Source: Myxococcota bacterium
Lineage (GTDB): Bacteria > Myxococcota > SpSt-1050
Direction of reading: 5' to 3'
Assembly: GCA_049969675.1 (NCBI GenBank)
Contig: JBMFOP010000002.1
Coordinates: 758 to 64,757, forward strand
DNA: 64,000 nucleotides
Shown: positions 47,201 to 55,938 of the stretch, in pieces
Position numbering within the stretch: the stretch's first letter is position 1
Layout: each line of letters opens with the position of its first letter
Made by a program: the position numbers and the translations under genes
The notes under the pieces: generated by a model
The model's input: the letters and a program-made list of their open reading frames with translations, nothing else
Databases searched by the model: none
Told to the model about the DNA's origin: nothing

Positions 47201-50200
47201 CATCTACAAAAGGTTCGCCCTGATCCACAAATGGCTCACCGGAATCATACTTACCATTCCCGTTGACATCATCAAATTCCTCCTCACCCTTAAATGCAGC
47301 AATCAGAGTTACAAGCCCATCTCTCGGGTTATATGTTTTACCACCTGAGGTATAACGTGGCTCATTGGCAAGAGGGGCAACATCAGCGGGCATTCTCACA
47401 TTGTTCGTCACCAAATTAGCGTATGCGTTTCCATCTTCGCCAATATTTGAGACATTCGTAATAATCCCGGCCTCTGTTATAAATCTTACAGCCACAGGGA
47501 GACTTACAACATTTGTATATCTATCCCTTGCACTTACTACACAATTGGTAGAAACCTTTTCACTCCCAAAACCTCCAAGGTTTTTATATTCACAACCAAA
47601 TGAGACATATTTCCTGTTTGGCTTTGCACCTATAATCACAATCGGATCTGACGATGCCGTGACTATTTGAGTCCCCATCTGCGCCCTTGCAATAATATTT
47701 ATAGTCTGCGCAAGAGTACCGGTTGTAATTATGGTCTTCACGAGACCGTCTTCAGCAGAGATTGAAGATGCTGGATTGAGTGTAATTGCACTTGTCCCGC
47801 TCTGTGCCCCTGTAAATGTAAAATCTACATTCTGACCCGCAAGCGGTCGTCCAGATGAATCAATAACCCTGAAGATTACCTCTGCTGTCTCATTAAATCC
47901 AGAATCTTTTACACCAAGTGGCGACTTTGAAATTGAGAGATATTTAATATCAGCAAGTTGAACAATATTGATTTTCACCTCAGACTTTAATTCGGGGTTG
48001 CTCTGAAATAGAGATGCACTCACTGTTGCCTCGCCTGTTGAATAACCACCCACCATCTCAATTGATGCCAGCCCTCCGGATGTCTGAGTTACACACAGGT
48101 TGGTTGTATTAATCTTGGTATTGATGCACTTATATCCATTTGGACTATTTATATCAGGGGGATTCTTGAAATATCCGAGTGTAGTTGTGAACTTTACAAG
48201 AGTTCCATCAGCAACCGGAATCCCACTGTCATCAATAAGAGTTGCATTAAATTTTGCGGAGTCAACTCCATCAGCCATAATGCTGGTCTTACCAGAATCA
48301 GGCTCCATAAGTATATTGACACCTATAAATGTGACCTTTACCTCGTCAGTAACCTTTGTAGAATATGAATCATTACAGATAAAGCTTGCCTGAATAGTCG
48401 CCGTTCCACCTCTCTCTCCATTTACCATCTGAACAGTTGCCTGCTTATTGCTTGAATTTACTACCAGATATTTTGAACCACCTGCTGTAAATTTACCGAT
48501 ATCTGTGCTGAAAGTAATTGTGGTATCCCAGGGCAATCCATCCTTATCAAGTGGCTCTGCCTTAATAAGGACCTGAGAGACTCCATCAGCGGCGACAGGG
48601 AGAGATGGGGTAAATGAGAGTTTGCTTCTGCAGGCACCTGAACTTATTGTGGAATCCATTCTACCACTTGAGGATATCACAGTCTTCTCAGAACCGGTGG
48701 AGGTCTTTGTCTCTATAGTAGCCGAGACATAAGATGGTTTCATCACCTCCTTTTCAGGGTCATCATCGGCGAGTGTAAATGCCCCGAAATAGCCGGTCCC
48801 AAATGAAAACTCATTTACCTCATAAGATATCTTTGGATTTGTCTGGTTCGCCTTTCTAACTCTTTTAATACCTATGCCGGTCATAGCTGGGACTGTCTTA
48901 CTTGTATCGCCCAGAAGCTTACCGGCACCATCCACCTTGACTTCAATAGTAGAGCCCGGTATTGGGGGGAGGAGATTAAAATCTTTAAAGGCATAATAAA
49001 ATGGCATTGAACCTTTATTTGGTATATCAAATCTCTCCGGACACATCACAGATTGAGAATTTGGATCCGGGGTCGCCCCAAGGCACTTCCCACCAGTAGC
49101 AATATTTCCAGTCCAGACTACCCATGTTGCCTTCCAGATAACCGTATTCCCATCCCATTTGCCATTTGGACCATCATACTGACCATTTAGATTTACATCT
49201 ATAAATGCCTCATCTGAATCCCATTGATTGTTGTCATTCATATCCACAAAAGGCTCACCTAAATCTACGAACGCCTCACCCTCATCGTACTGCCCATTTC
49301 CATTCTCATCATCAAACTCCTCCTCACCTGTTGTCGCCGCTATTATAGTTACTAGACCATCTCTCGGATTTCTTGCAAGCCCCGTCCCCACCCTCGGTTC
49401 ATCAGTAAATGGCTGCACATCTTTGGGCCTTGGGTCCTGAGTTCTCAGTGTTACATTGGCAATCCCCATTGAATCCGGGTCTTCACTTGTCTCAGAAGAT
49501 GGTGTGATTGCCCCCGCCTCTGTCCTGAAGAATATCTTTGTAGAAAATGGAATCTTATTTGAAAACCTATCTGCAATAGCCACCGAGCAGTGCTGTTCAA
49601 GAAGGTCATATACGAATCCCTGAACATTTATATCACCAGGGTTACAACTAAAATTGAAATACCTCGCATTGGGAACACCCGTGGTCATTACCACCGGACC
49701 ACACCTCGCCTCACCAACTTTGGATGAGCCCTTTACCCATACCGTAGTTGGGACAGTGCCGGCATAAAGTATAGTACAGGCAAGCCCTGAGTCATCAGAG
49801 ACCATACTTGTAGGATTGACATATATGCCACCCGGTGCATCTGATGGCGCGAAACTTAATGTAATCTTTGATATTGGTGCACCCTGGTCATCAACCACCT
49901 TAAAACACATATTGGTATAATCTTTATGACCAGAATTCTTGAGCCCAAGATGACTATCTCCAATATATTCACAGGATATTGTAGCATTCCTGATGAGTCT
50001 CACATCTATCGTTTTAGAGAGCTGTCTATCCAAGACTCTGGTCTGAACATTGACTGTAGCAATACCCATATCTCCATCAGACTTCAACTGGACCGATGCC
50101 TTCCCGCCTTCTGTCTTAACTGTTAGATGTTTTGTCTTTGAATTATCCGTTGTAACAAAATATCCAAGTACAGTATCAAAGATTACATCAACCTCTGGCG

Positions 50201-51101
50201 AGACAGGGTTCTCGCCATCCGAGGTGACAGATGCCTCAATCTTCAGTGAGTCAATACCGTTTGCAATCAGATATTCGTATTCACTCGTAACCTTGAGAGT
50301 TGGAGACTTTTCCGGCTCCTGCATAGATATCTTTAATGGCTCGTTTGTATTGGAGACCAGCTCATTACCCTGCGCATCCTTACACTTAAAACTGGCATTG
50401 ACCTGAATCTCGGTATTGGCATAACTGATCGCATAAATCTTGACCTTTGCCGCGCCCTGAGCATTTGTCAGTGCAGATGTACTTAGCACCGGTGTATCAG
50501 TCTTGCTTACAAATGAACCGGGAGAGGTGGTTGTAAAGGTAATCTGAGTACCTGAACTTACCGGTTTTCCTTCATAGTCTGTGGCATTCGCAGATATCTC
50601 AGCATAATCCTCTCCATTGGCAATAATTGACTTCTTATCTGCTGATAGGACTATCAAACAGGGCTCACCGGTCTCAACAGGGATCTTCGTAAAGACCACA
50701 GATGCGGTCTTTCTGTATTCTTTATTGGTTGACGGGTCCGTATAAGCGGCTGTAATTGTGACAGTACCATCTTCTTCAGATGTAAGACTCTCAGTAGCCT
50801 TACCATCGGTAGTATAGACAACCACACTATTTGTATTGTTGGAAAATTTTCCTTTACCTGTCGCATTGAGTGTGATCTCACTATCATCCGGGGCATTCTG
50901 ACCACCAATGGTAAGTCCAATTGTAATCCTGGCTGCCGTCTTCCCATCAGCAGGGACATTGGAAGAAGGGCTCACTGAGAGGGTAAGTTTCACTACTGTA
51001 GAAGGGCCTGTATCTTCTACAGATGCACCACCTCCGCCTCCACAGGAGACGATGAGCACTGTCATAAACACAATTGAAAGGATACCTGAATATTTTTTCA
51101 T
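44229..51101 (-). CDS. Giant (2290 aa) surface lipoprotein/adhesin with Ig-like (Big_1-type) domains and EF-hand-like calcium-binding loop pairs, organised as three ~690-aa super-repeats
   Basis: Lipobox (LIVSCGG). Invasin/intimin-like Ig segments (e.g. LGVKDSGFNETAEVIFRVIDSSGRPLAGQNVDFTFTG). 12-residue DxNxNGxxDxxE loops in pairs (DENGNGQYDEGE, DVNGNGKYDSGE, DNDGNGDFTGSE). Super-repeat anchors PNARYFNFSC / PNRKYVSFGC / PSARYMNFSC. Confidence 0.6.
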   Translation of the reverse strand: MKKYSGILSIVFMTVLIVSCGGGGGASVEDTGPSTVVKLTLSVSPSSNVPADGKTAARITIGLTIGGQNAPDDSEITLNATGKGKFSNNTNSVVVYTTDGKATESLTSEEDGTVTITAAYTDPSTNKEYRKTASVVFTKIPVETGEPCLIVLSADKKSIIANGEDYAEISANATDYEGKPVSSGTQITFTTTSPGSFVSKTDTPVLSTSALTNAQGAAKVKIYAISYANTEIQVNASFKCKDAQGNELVSNTNEPLKISMQEPEKSPTLKVTSEYEYLIANGIDSLKIEASVTSDGENPVSPEVDVIFDTVLGYFVTTDNSKTKHLTVKTEGGKASVQLKSDGDMGIATVNVQTRVLDRQLSKTIDVRLIRNATISCEYIGDSHLGLKNSGHKDYTNMCFKVVDDQGAPISKITLSFAPSDAPGGIYVNPTSMVSDDSGLACTILYAGTVPTTVWVKGSSKVGEARCGPVVMTTGVPNARYFNFSCNPGDINVQGFVYDLLEQHCSVAIADRFSNKIPFSTKIFFRTEAGAITPSSETSEDPDSMGIANVTLRTQDPRPKDVQPFTDEPRVGTGLARNPRDGLVTIIAATTGEEEFDDENGNGQYDEGEAFVDLGEPFVDMNDNNQWDSDEAFIDVNLNGQYDGPNGKWDGNTVIWKATWVVWTGNIATGGKCLGATPDPNSQSVMCPERFDIPNKGSMPFYYAFKDFNLLPPIPGSTIEVKVDGAGKLLGDTSKTVPAMTGIGIKRVRKANQTNPKISYEVNEFSFGTGYFGAFTLADDDPEKEVMKPSYVSATIETKTSTGSEKTVISSSGRMDSTISSGACRSKLSFTPSLPVAADGVSQVLIKAEPLDKDGLPWDTTITFSTDIGKFTAGGSKYLVVNSSNKQATVQMVNGERGGTATIQASFICNDSYSTKVTDEVKVTFIGVNILMEPDSGKTSIMADGVDSAKFNATLIDDSGIPVADGTLVKFTTTLGYFKNPPDINSPNGYKCINTKINTTNLCVTQTSGGLASIEMVGGYSTGEATVSASLFQSNPELKSEVKINIVQLADIKYLSISKSPLGVKDSGFNETAEVIFRVIDSSGRPLAGQNVDFTFTGAQSGTSAITLNPASSISAEDGLVKTIITTGTLAQTINIIARAQMGTQIVTASSDPIVIIGAKPNRKYVSFGCEYKNLGGFGSEKVSTNCVVSARDRYTNVVSLPVAVRFITEAGIITNVSNIGEDGNAYANLVTNNVRMPADVAPLANEPRYTSGGKTYNPRDGLVTLIAAFKGEEEFDDVNGNGKYDSGEPFVDQGEPFVDENDNGYCDGSTPADETLRQQNKPYNCAELYIDTNADGKYTPANGVWDSHSDPNDNSLVWVKTYVLWTGPVAPGSDCKQNEPNLSVICPITFNLADGSTQDFSYEIKDARLNPPTKSSIITLFTIGKIGIDGKSPVINDDLGMKITTGRSCQSYICSEQTAISDFSAGIKGTFAVFDDVVGDSGQTQNVSANVKIIYSFDPSADEKQYDQSATITSLGVMNDPNATGPCAFRLEASNSVIQANGTDSTVITVKDIRNQFNQPIGANVPVQLTTTLGKFSNGEQEIVVLTNNNSEATVTMFGGSEAGAAEVTAQYFCGNKVPMRKITIIIRPADALTNYFISVVASDLSLIADGDSRTTITAFVFDNTNAPVKTGSVKITTTDGTLECIDPAPQCVYNDIQHKDITVQLNNSGNASAKLISGPAAALARIEGKFTTPDNKVISNSTYVNFVTLGSIIYQSITSDVMGAKGSGFNETAIISFKVFDNIGQRFPKNQRVDFTLSNSPGGIVIIPPYAYTDDSGMVYATIKSGTVATTFTVTASSTLPGITVQGVSPAIAIIGAKPSARYMNFSCERKVVAALGGTPVEVPCKVSLGDRYTNKIEKATTVHFRSEAGLMTSQALTYDRETAKSTYPNDWEAYLGTATASLRTSEPYPYDTTPIAGEPFNGTNNPRDTVVSIIAVTTGEEEFYDNDGNGDFTGSEMWRENIFTTPQAQKFDAGTDQKCRRIDIASYDPPRCNNWINTVGGDTISASEPFVDLPEPFFDADDDNVRNLPVELFFDTNGDGIWSSGNNKWDSNTNIYKETIMAWSDAINLVTDPYPSAGQCNGSNPVSPGINLLCPNTTFSMRNGETYKFNFKVCDSHFVNQPGAVIEFTTAKPLSDEIPPPPPPVISGPSTFIVPEKPPYKLSFSYSSPTQVTVCQIDPQDSNYKICYINNVIKINKTLQLQSDHCYINSVTLQAVLLDSVSGTVQTYLKGTMSEKVLWYIPGSVTY
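44900..51000 (-). repeat. Three in-frame super-repeats of ~2.0-2.1 kb within the giant lipoprotein gene
   Basis: The GEEEF(D/Y)D-encoding block recurs near 45150, 47280 and 49310. Flanking segments are diverged at DNA level (protein identity roughly 40-60% by eye). Confidence 0.5.
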
Positions 51102-51220
51102 AAAAACCTCCTATCCAGCACGGATTTAGTAATATAGTTTATAGCAAACAATATATTTTTGCAACAAGATTTTGATCATATATATCAATTTCCGGTAAAA
51201 AAATAGGAGAAAATTTTTAC

Positions 51221-51249
51221 TTGACAAATCTCATTGCTAATCTTATATA
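51221..51249 (+). promoter_or_regulatory. Sigma70-type promoter for rplM-rpsI
   Basis: TTGACA (51221-51226), 17-nt spacer, TATATA (51244-51249), then an SD-like GGTGAAAGAG before the start. Confidence 0.5.
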
Positions 51250-51270
51250 TTACCACCTTATTTTTATGAG

Positions 51271-51717
51271 GTGAAAGAGATGTTAACAAAGATGACCAAA
51301 CATTTTTCGGAGAAAGAAGTAAAGAAGAACTGGTATATCATTGATGCCAGGGACCAGATCTTAGGAAAAGTTGCCGTAAAGGCAGCAGATATCCTTCAGG
51401 GGAAGAATAAGGTTGAATTCACCCCAAACTCAGATGTAGGCGATTTTGTCATTATCGTGAATGCCAGAAAGGTCAAGGTGACCGGGAATAAACTTATAGA
51501 AAAGATCTACTATAAGCATACCGGTTACTTCGGGAATTTAAAAGAGTTCAACCTCAAGTATCTACTTGAGAAACACCCCGAAAGAGTAATATCACTCGCC
51601 ATAAAGAATATGCTCCCCAAAGGGAATATCGGTCATAAGATGTTCAGAAAACTTAAGGTATATGCAGATGAATCACATCCGCATAAAGCCCAAAAACCAA
51701 CAGTAGTTACTTTCTAA
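51271..51717 (+). CDS. rplM: 50S ribosomal protein L13
   Basis: KNWYIIDARDQILGKVAVKAADILQGK..., matching the L13 consensus. True start probably the ATG at 51292 (MTKHF...) rather than the GTG at 51271. Confidence 0.9.
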   Translation: MKEMLTKMTKHFSEKEVKKNWYIIDARDQILGKVAVKAADILQGKNKVEFTPNSDVGDFVIIVNARKVKVTGNKLIEKIYYKHTGYFGNLKEFNLKYLLEKHPERVISLAIKNMLPKGNIGHKMFRKLKVYADESHPHKAQKPTVVTF

Positions 51718-51723
51718 AGGAGA

Positions 51724-52125
51724 TTGCAGATGGCTATTGAAACTCAAATTATGGCAACAGGAAGAAGGAAGAGAGCAGTTGCAAGAATTATCTTAAGACC
51801 TGGGAAAGGGGAGATAAAGATAAATGACCAGAATCTAAATGATTACTTCCCGAGAGAGACAAGCCGAATCATTATCAGACAACCTTTCCTTATTACAAAT
51901 ACCCTCTCAGAGCTTGACGCTATTGTAAACGCCAGAGGTGGTGGCAAATCAGGGCAGGCTGAGGCAGTAAGGGCTGGAATATCAAGGGCGCTCATCAAAT
52001 ATAAACCTGAACTCAGACCAATTCTCAAAAAGGCTGGATTCCTTACAAGAGACGCCAGAGAGGTTGAACGAAAGAAATACGGACGCAAAAAAGCCAGAAA
52101 GAGATTCCAGTACAGCAAGAGATAA
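51724..52125 (+). CDS. rpsI: 30S ribosomal protein S9
   Basis: [22 protein letters not shown] ... [19 protein letters not shown] ... RFQYSKR at the C-terminus, matching the S9 consensus. Confidence 0.9.
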   Translation: MQMAIETQIMATGRRKRAVARIILRPGKGEIKINDQNLNDYFPRETSRIIIRQPFLITNTLSELDAIVNARGGGKSGQAEAVRAGISRALIKYKPELRPILKKAGFLTRDAREVERKKYGRKKARKRFQYSKR

Positions 52126-52938
52126 GCACTTCCAACAATTCTACAAATACCAAAACTCTGGTTTTCCAAAAATAGAATATCAACAATAGTTGTGTTTCAC
52201 TGCTACCACAAATAATCTGCTCTGAGAAGTTAACCATTTATAAAATAATGAATGAGTCTATTCAAATTGACAGGATAACATTGCCACGAATTACACCTAA
52301 GAGATAAATCCATTAATTCCTCTCTGCTTTTATCTTTCTCACCAACTTATAAAACATATTCTTAGAAAATCTTATAGAATTTGCCGAAGACCTATACGAA
52401 ACATCACTGCTGTCCAAAACAAGCCGCTTTGAGAAGTGAACTATTTGTAAAATAAGAATTCTGGACGAATAAATACAGGTTTTCAAAATCTGTTTACCCC
52501 CTTTCTTGAATATACTACTCAATAAAATGCTGTCCAACTTTTAAAACAATGGCTAATAATCATTAACCCCTACAATGGCTACATCTGGTACAACAGGTAA
52601 GGTTTAATAGGGTTTATTTATCCATTAGCATAAATTTTTGTATAATAAACCCCGTTAGAAATCTATCGCTACAAATTGCTCCAACAACTAAATCCTTTTG
52701 CTCCCTTATCAACCTTCGTCCCCTCTACCGCCCTTATAAGACTAATAATTCTGTAGAATTTCCTTACCTCAATCATAGATTTGTCCAGAGATACTGCTTC
52801 AGTGTTTTTGACGGTTCCGTATTTTTAAACTTACTTAAAGTGTCATAAGAGTGAATAAAATTTTAATAAAACAGACTGGACAGATTATAATGCCATAAAT
52901 GTTGTGGATTTATCTGAAAACCAGTATCCAGAGATTAC

Positions 52939-53667
52939 TCAAAATGTGTATTTTATTGATGGTTGGAGATTCAAGAAGAGTGTGCCTATACCAAGGAAAT
53001 AATATGCCCTTGCCTCAATGGCAATGGAGAAATGCCTCAGGGTTGTATAATATTCAGCCCCAACTCCGCCATCAAAGGCTGGAGATGTTCCGCTCATAGA
53101 GAGTTCCGAACCATCACTCTTATAATTCTTATCAGGAGAGAGGAATGCAAAACCACCACCTGCCCTGACATAGGCAAATAGCCTATCAGTTGAAAGGTAT
53201 GCAAATTTTGCAGAGAGACCAATCAATTTTATAGCGACATCGTTTGAGAGGTACTTCGGATAATTCTCGGCACATTTATCTACATCAATATTATCTCCAA
53301 ACTCCTTTTTGCACTTATTTGCATCAAAATACACCATCTTCCCTTCTTTATTGTATCCATATCCATAGGCATAACCGGTGGAATTATCAGCAGATATAAA
53401 AAATGAATAGAATCCAGCCTCTACAGAGAGTATATCCATAATATCATATCCCACAGTCATTGAATTGGTAAAGCCGGAGGAGAGTCCGGATACATCAGAC
53501 ATAATGGAAAGCCCATATGCAAGGTCTGTATTTACAAAGATACCCTTATGCACCTCAGTAATCTTCTTAACCTTATAAGCGGATGTGGCTGTAGTCTCAG
53601 TCTGCGCAAAGAGAGAGAAAGAAAATAAAGAAATAATAATCAAGAAGAGTGCATTTCTTCCAATCAT
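52939..53667 (-). CDS. Outer-membrane beta-barrel protein (GltH/NfsH-like position)
   Basis: Start set at the Met after an AGGAG SD (MIGRNALFLIIISLFSFSLFAQTE signal peptide). The ORF track's upstream extension is unlikely. Alternating hydrophobic beta-strand pattern and aromatic C-terminus (SIKYTF). Confidence 0.5.
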   Translation of the reverse strand: MIGRNALFLIIISLFSFSLFAQTETTATSAYKVKKITEVHKGIFVNTDLAYGLSIMSDVSGLSSGFTNSMTVGYDIMDILSVEAGFYSFFISADNSTGYAYGYGYNKEGKMVYFDANKCKKEFGDNIDVDKCAENYPKYLSNDVAIKLIGLSAKFAYLSTDRLFAYVRAGGGFAFLSPDKNYKSDGSELSMSGTSPAFDGGVGAEYYTTLRHFSIAIEARAYYFLGIGTLFLNLQPSIKYTF

Positions 53668-54059
53668 AAAAACTCCTATTAGAAAATGAATTATAATTGA
53701 AAATGGTTTTTTCATTAAAACAGGAAAGGCGGAAGAATTATATAATTCTCGGCTCTTTGAATCACTACCATCATAAAGGACTGATTCAGAAACCAGTCTC
53801 GCCTTTCTCAAACAATTTTTTAGGAAGTTATTTATTCGTTTGTAGATACTGATGTCTCCATATCTTCTTTCTCTGACACGACTCTTAACTACAACTGTTC
53901 TATCCATTTCTCTATTACTGTCAATACGGATCCCAATGTGTTCTCCAGACTCCTTATTGTCACTACCTCTGTTTGCAAATTTTCCAGGACTATTTTTGTT
54001 ATGCCTTCTCATAAATCTTTTCTACATCTAAGAGAATTTTTTATAGTTAACTCCCGTCT

Positions 54060-55928
54060 TTAATCTGTTCTCTTGAGTATAAATGGATATGTCACAATCA
54101 CAATACCTCCACCCTTTGGCTCGGGGAATTTCCATCCTTTAATCTTACTAACTATACAATTCTCAACATTCTGGTTATTAATTGTGGTCTCTTTCACCTT
54201 TGCTGACTGAACTGAACCTGTTGGAGATATTACAAAGTTGACTGATACCTTACCCCAAAGTCCAGGATTCTTTGCAAGCTCAAGCTCATAGCAGTATCTT
54301 ATCTCATTTGCATGTGCCCTGATAACTCTTCTGATCAATTCCTTATCAAGTGAACCGAGGACCATTGGAGTTCCACCAGATATACCTATATCATGTTCCT
54401 TCTTTCCACCAATTGAACCCACACCATAACCATAACCACCCTGTCCCGCACCTCTCCCTCTGGTACCAACAGAGCCGATGCCGATAGAATCAAGGCTGGA
54501 ACCTCCGCCACCAGGACCAACACCTCTAAGCCCTAATCCACCCGAGCCCCTTGCATCACCTATCTGAGAACCAAATAGTCCTCCAATAGCATTTTGTAAA
54601 TCACCTCCAAGACCTTTTCCACCAAATAATGTTGAGCCACCGGCAAACATACCACCACTCTTGCCAAACATTTTCAACACTCCAACTTTCTGGACAATCT
54701 CCCTATCATCGGGTTTAATTGCCTTTACAGCAGACCTCTTAAAAACCTCTGGTGCATCTTTCTTGCCCATCTTACCTTCCTTACCTGCTGCTTTTGCACC
54801 CGACTCGCCCTGCTTTGGCATCTCCTTTAATTTCTTCATCTCTTTATCATCGTCCATTTTCTTCGCTGGTGTCATAATGAAGTTGACAAATTTATTAGGA
54901 TTTTTAACCACCTGTTCGGTCTCAGCCTTTATATCGTATGGGAATAGATACATACTTACCAGTGATGTAACCGTAAAGAAGACAGCCACAATAAGGGCAT
55001 TTAAATAATTGTAATCAACATTAGTTCCCAATCCGAGAGGGAGTTTTCTTGGTGGAGGTGTAAATCTAAACTGAAAAATTGCATTGTTAATATACATTCT
55101 GGTAATCGAATTAGGGGGCAGTGTATAGATATAAGAATCGGGTATTTGAGGATCAGGAAGTGCCCTTTTTTCATCTATCAAATCCTTGAATGACTTTGAA
55201 CTCTCTCCAATATAGACCTCTCCCTCCACATTCCTTGGAAAGGTGAGTTGATATTCTCTATTTACTGTTCTAATAACTGGATATTCAGGGATGGTTATCT
55301 CATCCGGTATAATATAGAAATCACACTTACTCGTTGAACCTATAGTCACCTTCTGAGGATATGTAAAATATTTTACATCAACCATCTCCATATACCACAG
55401 GAACTTTACCTCAATAGCCCTATTTCCATAAGGGTCCTTCTCCTCCTCTTCATGCTCATCCAAATCCCTCTTTGATGCACCCTGTGGCTTTATATTCTCT
55501 TTAGGCTTACTCTTTTGAACCTCTCTCTTCTCTAATTTTGGAGATACTAACTTCTCCTCCTTTACAACCTCCTCCCTCTCCTCTTCAACTACCGGGGCTA
55601 CTGCAACTGGAGATTTTATAACACCTTTATCAATTGATACAATCAGCTTTGTCTTCCCGAGGAGAATCTCATCACCGTCATTTAATACAGCCCTTTCTAC
55701 GGTCTCTCCATTGACTATGGTTCCAGCGGATGAGCCCATATCCTTAATGAGATATCCATCTGATGTGGCTTCAATATGTGCATGAACCCTTGAGACTGTA
55801 GGGTCATCCAGCTTCAGATTAACAGAGGATAGTCTTCCAATTTTAATGAGAGCATCTGAATATGTCTCCTCTCCAATAAACTCATCACCATAATAAATCT
55901 TAAAAGAAATCTTTTTATCCATGGTCAT
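54060..55928 (-). CDS. FHA + TM + AgmX/PglI C-terminal (TonB-C-like) domain protein, GltG/PglI/NfsG-like
   Basis: FHA (IGRLSSVNLKLDDPTVSRVHAHIEATSDGYLIKDMGSSAGTIVNGETV). Acidic/Pro-rich linker, TM (LNALIVAVFFTVTSLVSMYLF), Gly-rich region. C-terminal domain with the conserved Cys pair (ANEIRYCYELELAKNPGLWGKVSVNFVISPTGSV ... NCIVSKIKGWKFPEP). Confidence 0.65.
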   Translation of the reverse strand: MTMDKKISFKIYYGDEFIGEETYSDALIKIGRLSSVNLKLDDPTVSRVHAHIEATSDGYLIKDMGSSAGTIVNGETVERAVLNDGDEILLGKTKLIVSIDKGVIKSPVAVAPVVEEEREEVVKEEKLVSPKLEKREVQKSKPKENIKPQGASKRDLDEHEEEEKDPYGNRAIEVKFLWYMEMVDVKYFTYPQKVTIGSTSKCDFYIIPDEITIPEYPVIRTVNREYQLTFPRNVEGEVYIGESSKSFKDLIDEKRALPDPQIPDSYIYTLPPNSITRMYINNAIFQFRFTPPPRKLPLGLGTNVDYNYLNALIVAVFFTVTSLVSMYLFPYDIKAETEQVVKNPNKFVNFIMTPAKKMDDDKEMKKLKEMPKQGESGAKAAGKEGKMGKKDAPEVFKRSAVKAIKPDDREIVQKVGVLKMFGKSGGMFAGGSTLFGGKGLGGDLQNAIGGLFGSQIGDARGSGGLGLRGVGPGGGGSSLDSIGIGSVGTRGRGAGQGGYGYGVGSIGGKKEHDIGISGGTPMVLGSLDKELIRRVIRAHANEIRYCYELELAKNPGLWGKVSVNFVISPTGSVQSAKVKETTINNQNVENCIVSKIKGWKFPEPKGGGIVIVTYPFILKRTD

Positions 55929-55938
55929 CCCTTTCGTC

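Noticed and set aside
44762-50959. Numerous 60-120-aa ORFs on both strands within 44.7-51.0 kb
   Set aside because: All are embedded in the 2290-aa lipoprotein gene, whose frame is continuous and carries recognisable domains. They are off-frame or antisense artefacts.
52126-52938. tmRNA, tRNA or RNase P RNA in the long intergenic region
   Set aside because: No GGTTCGA-type T-loop, no CCA-proximal acceptor-like stem and no tag-peptide reading frame were found by eye. Only the direct repeats are reported; an Rfam scan is still needed.
53668-54012. 115-aa N-terminal extension of the beta-barrel ORF (52939-54012)
   Set aside because: The basic, non-hydrophobic extension precedes a canonical SD plus a Met-signal peptide at 53667. 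The extension is most likely untranslated intergenic sequence.
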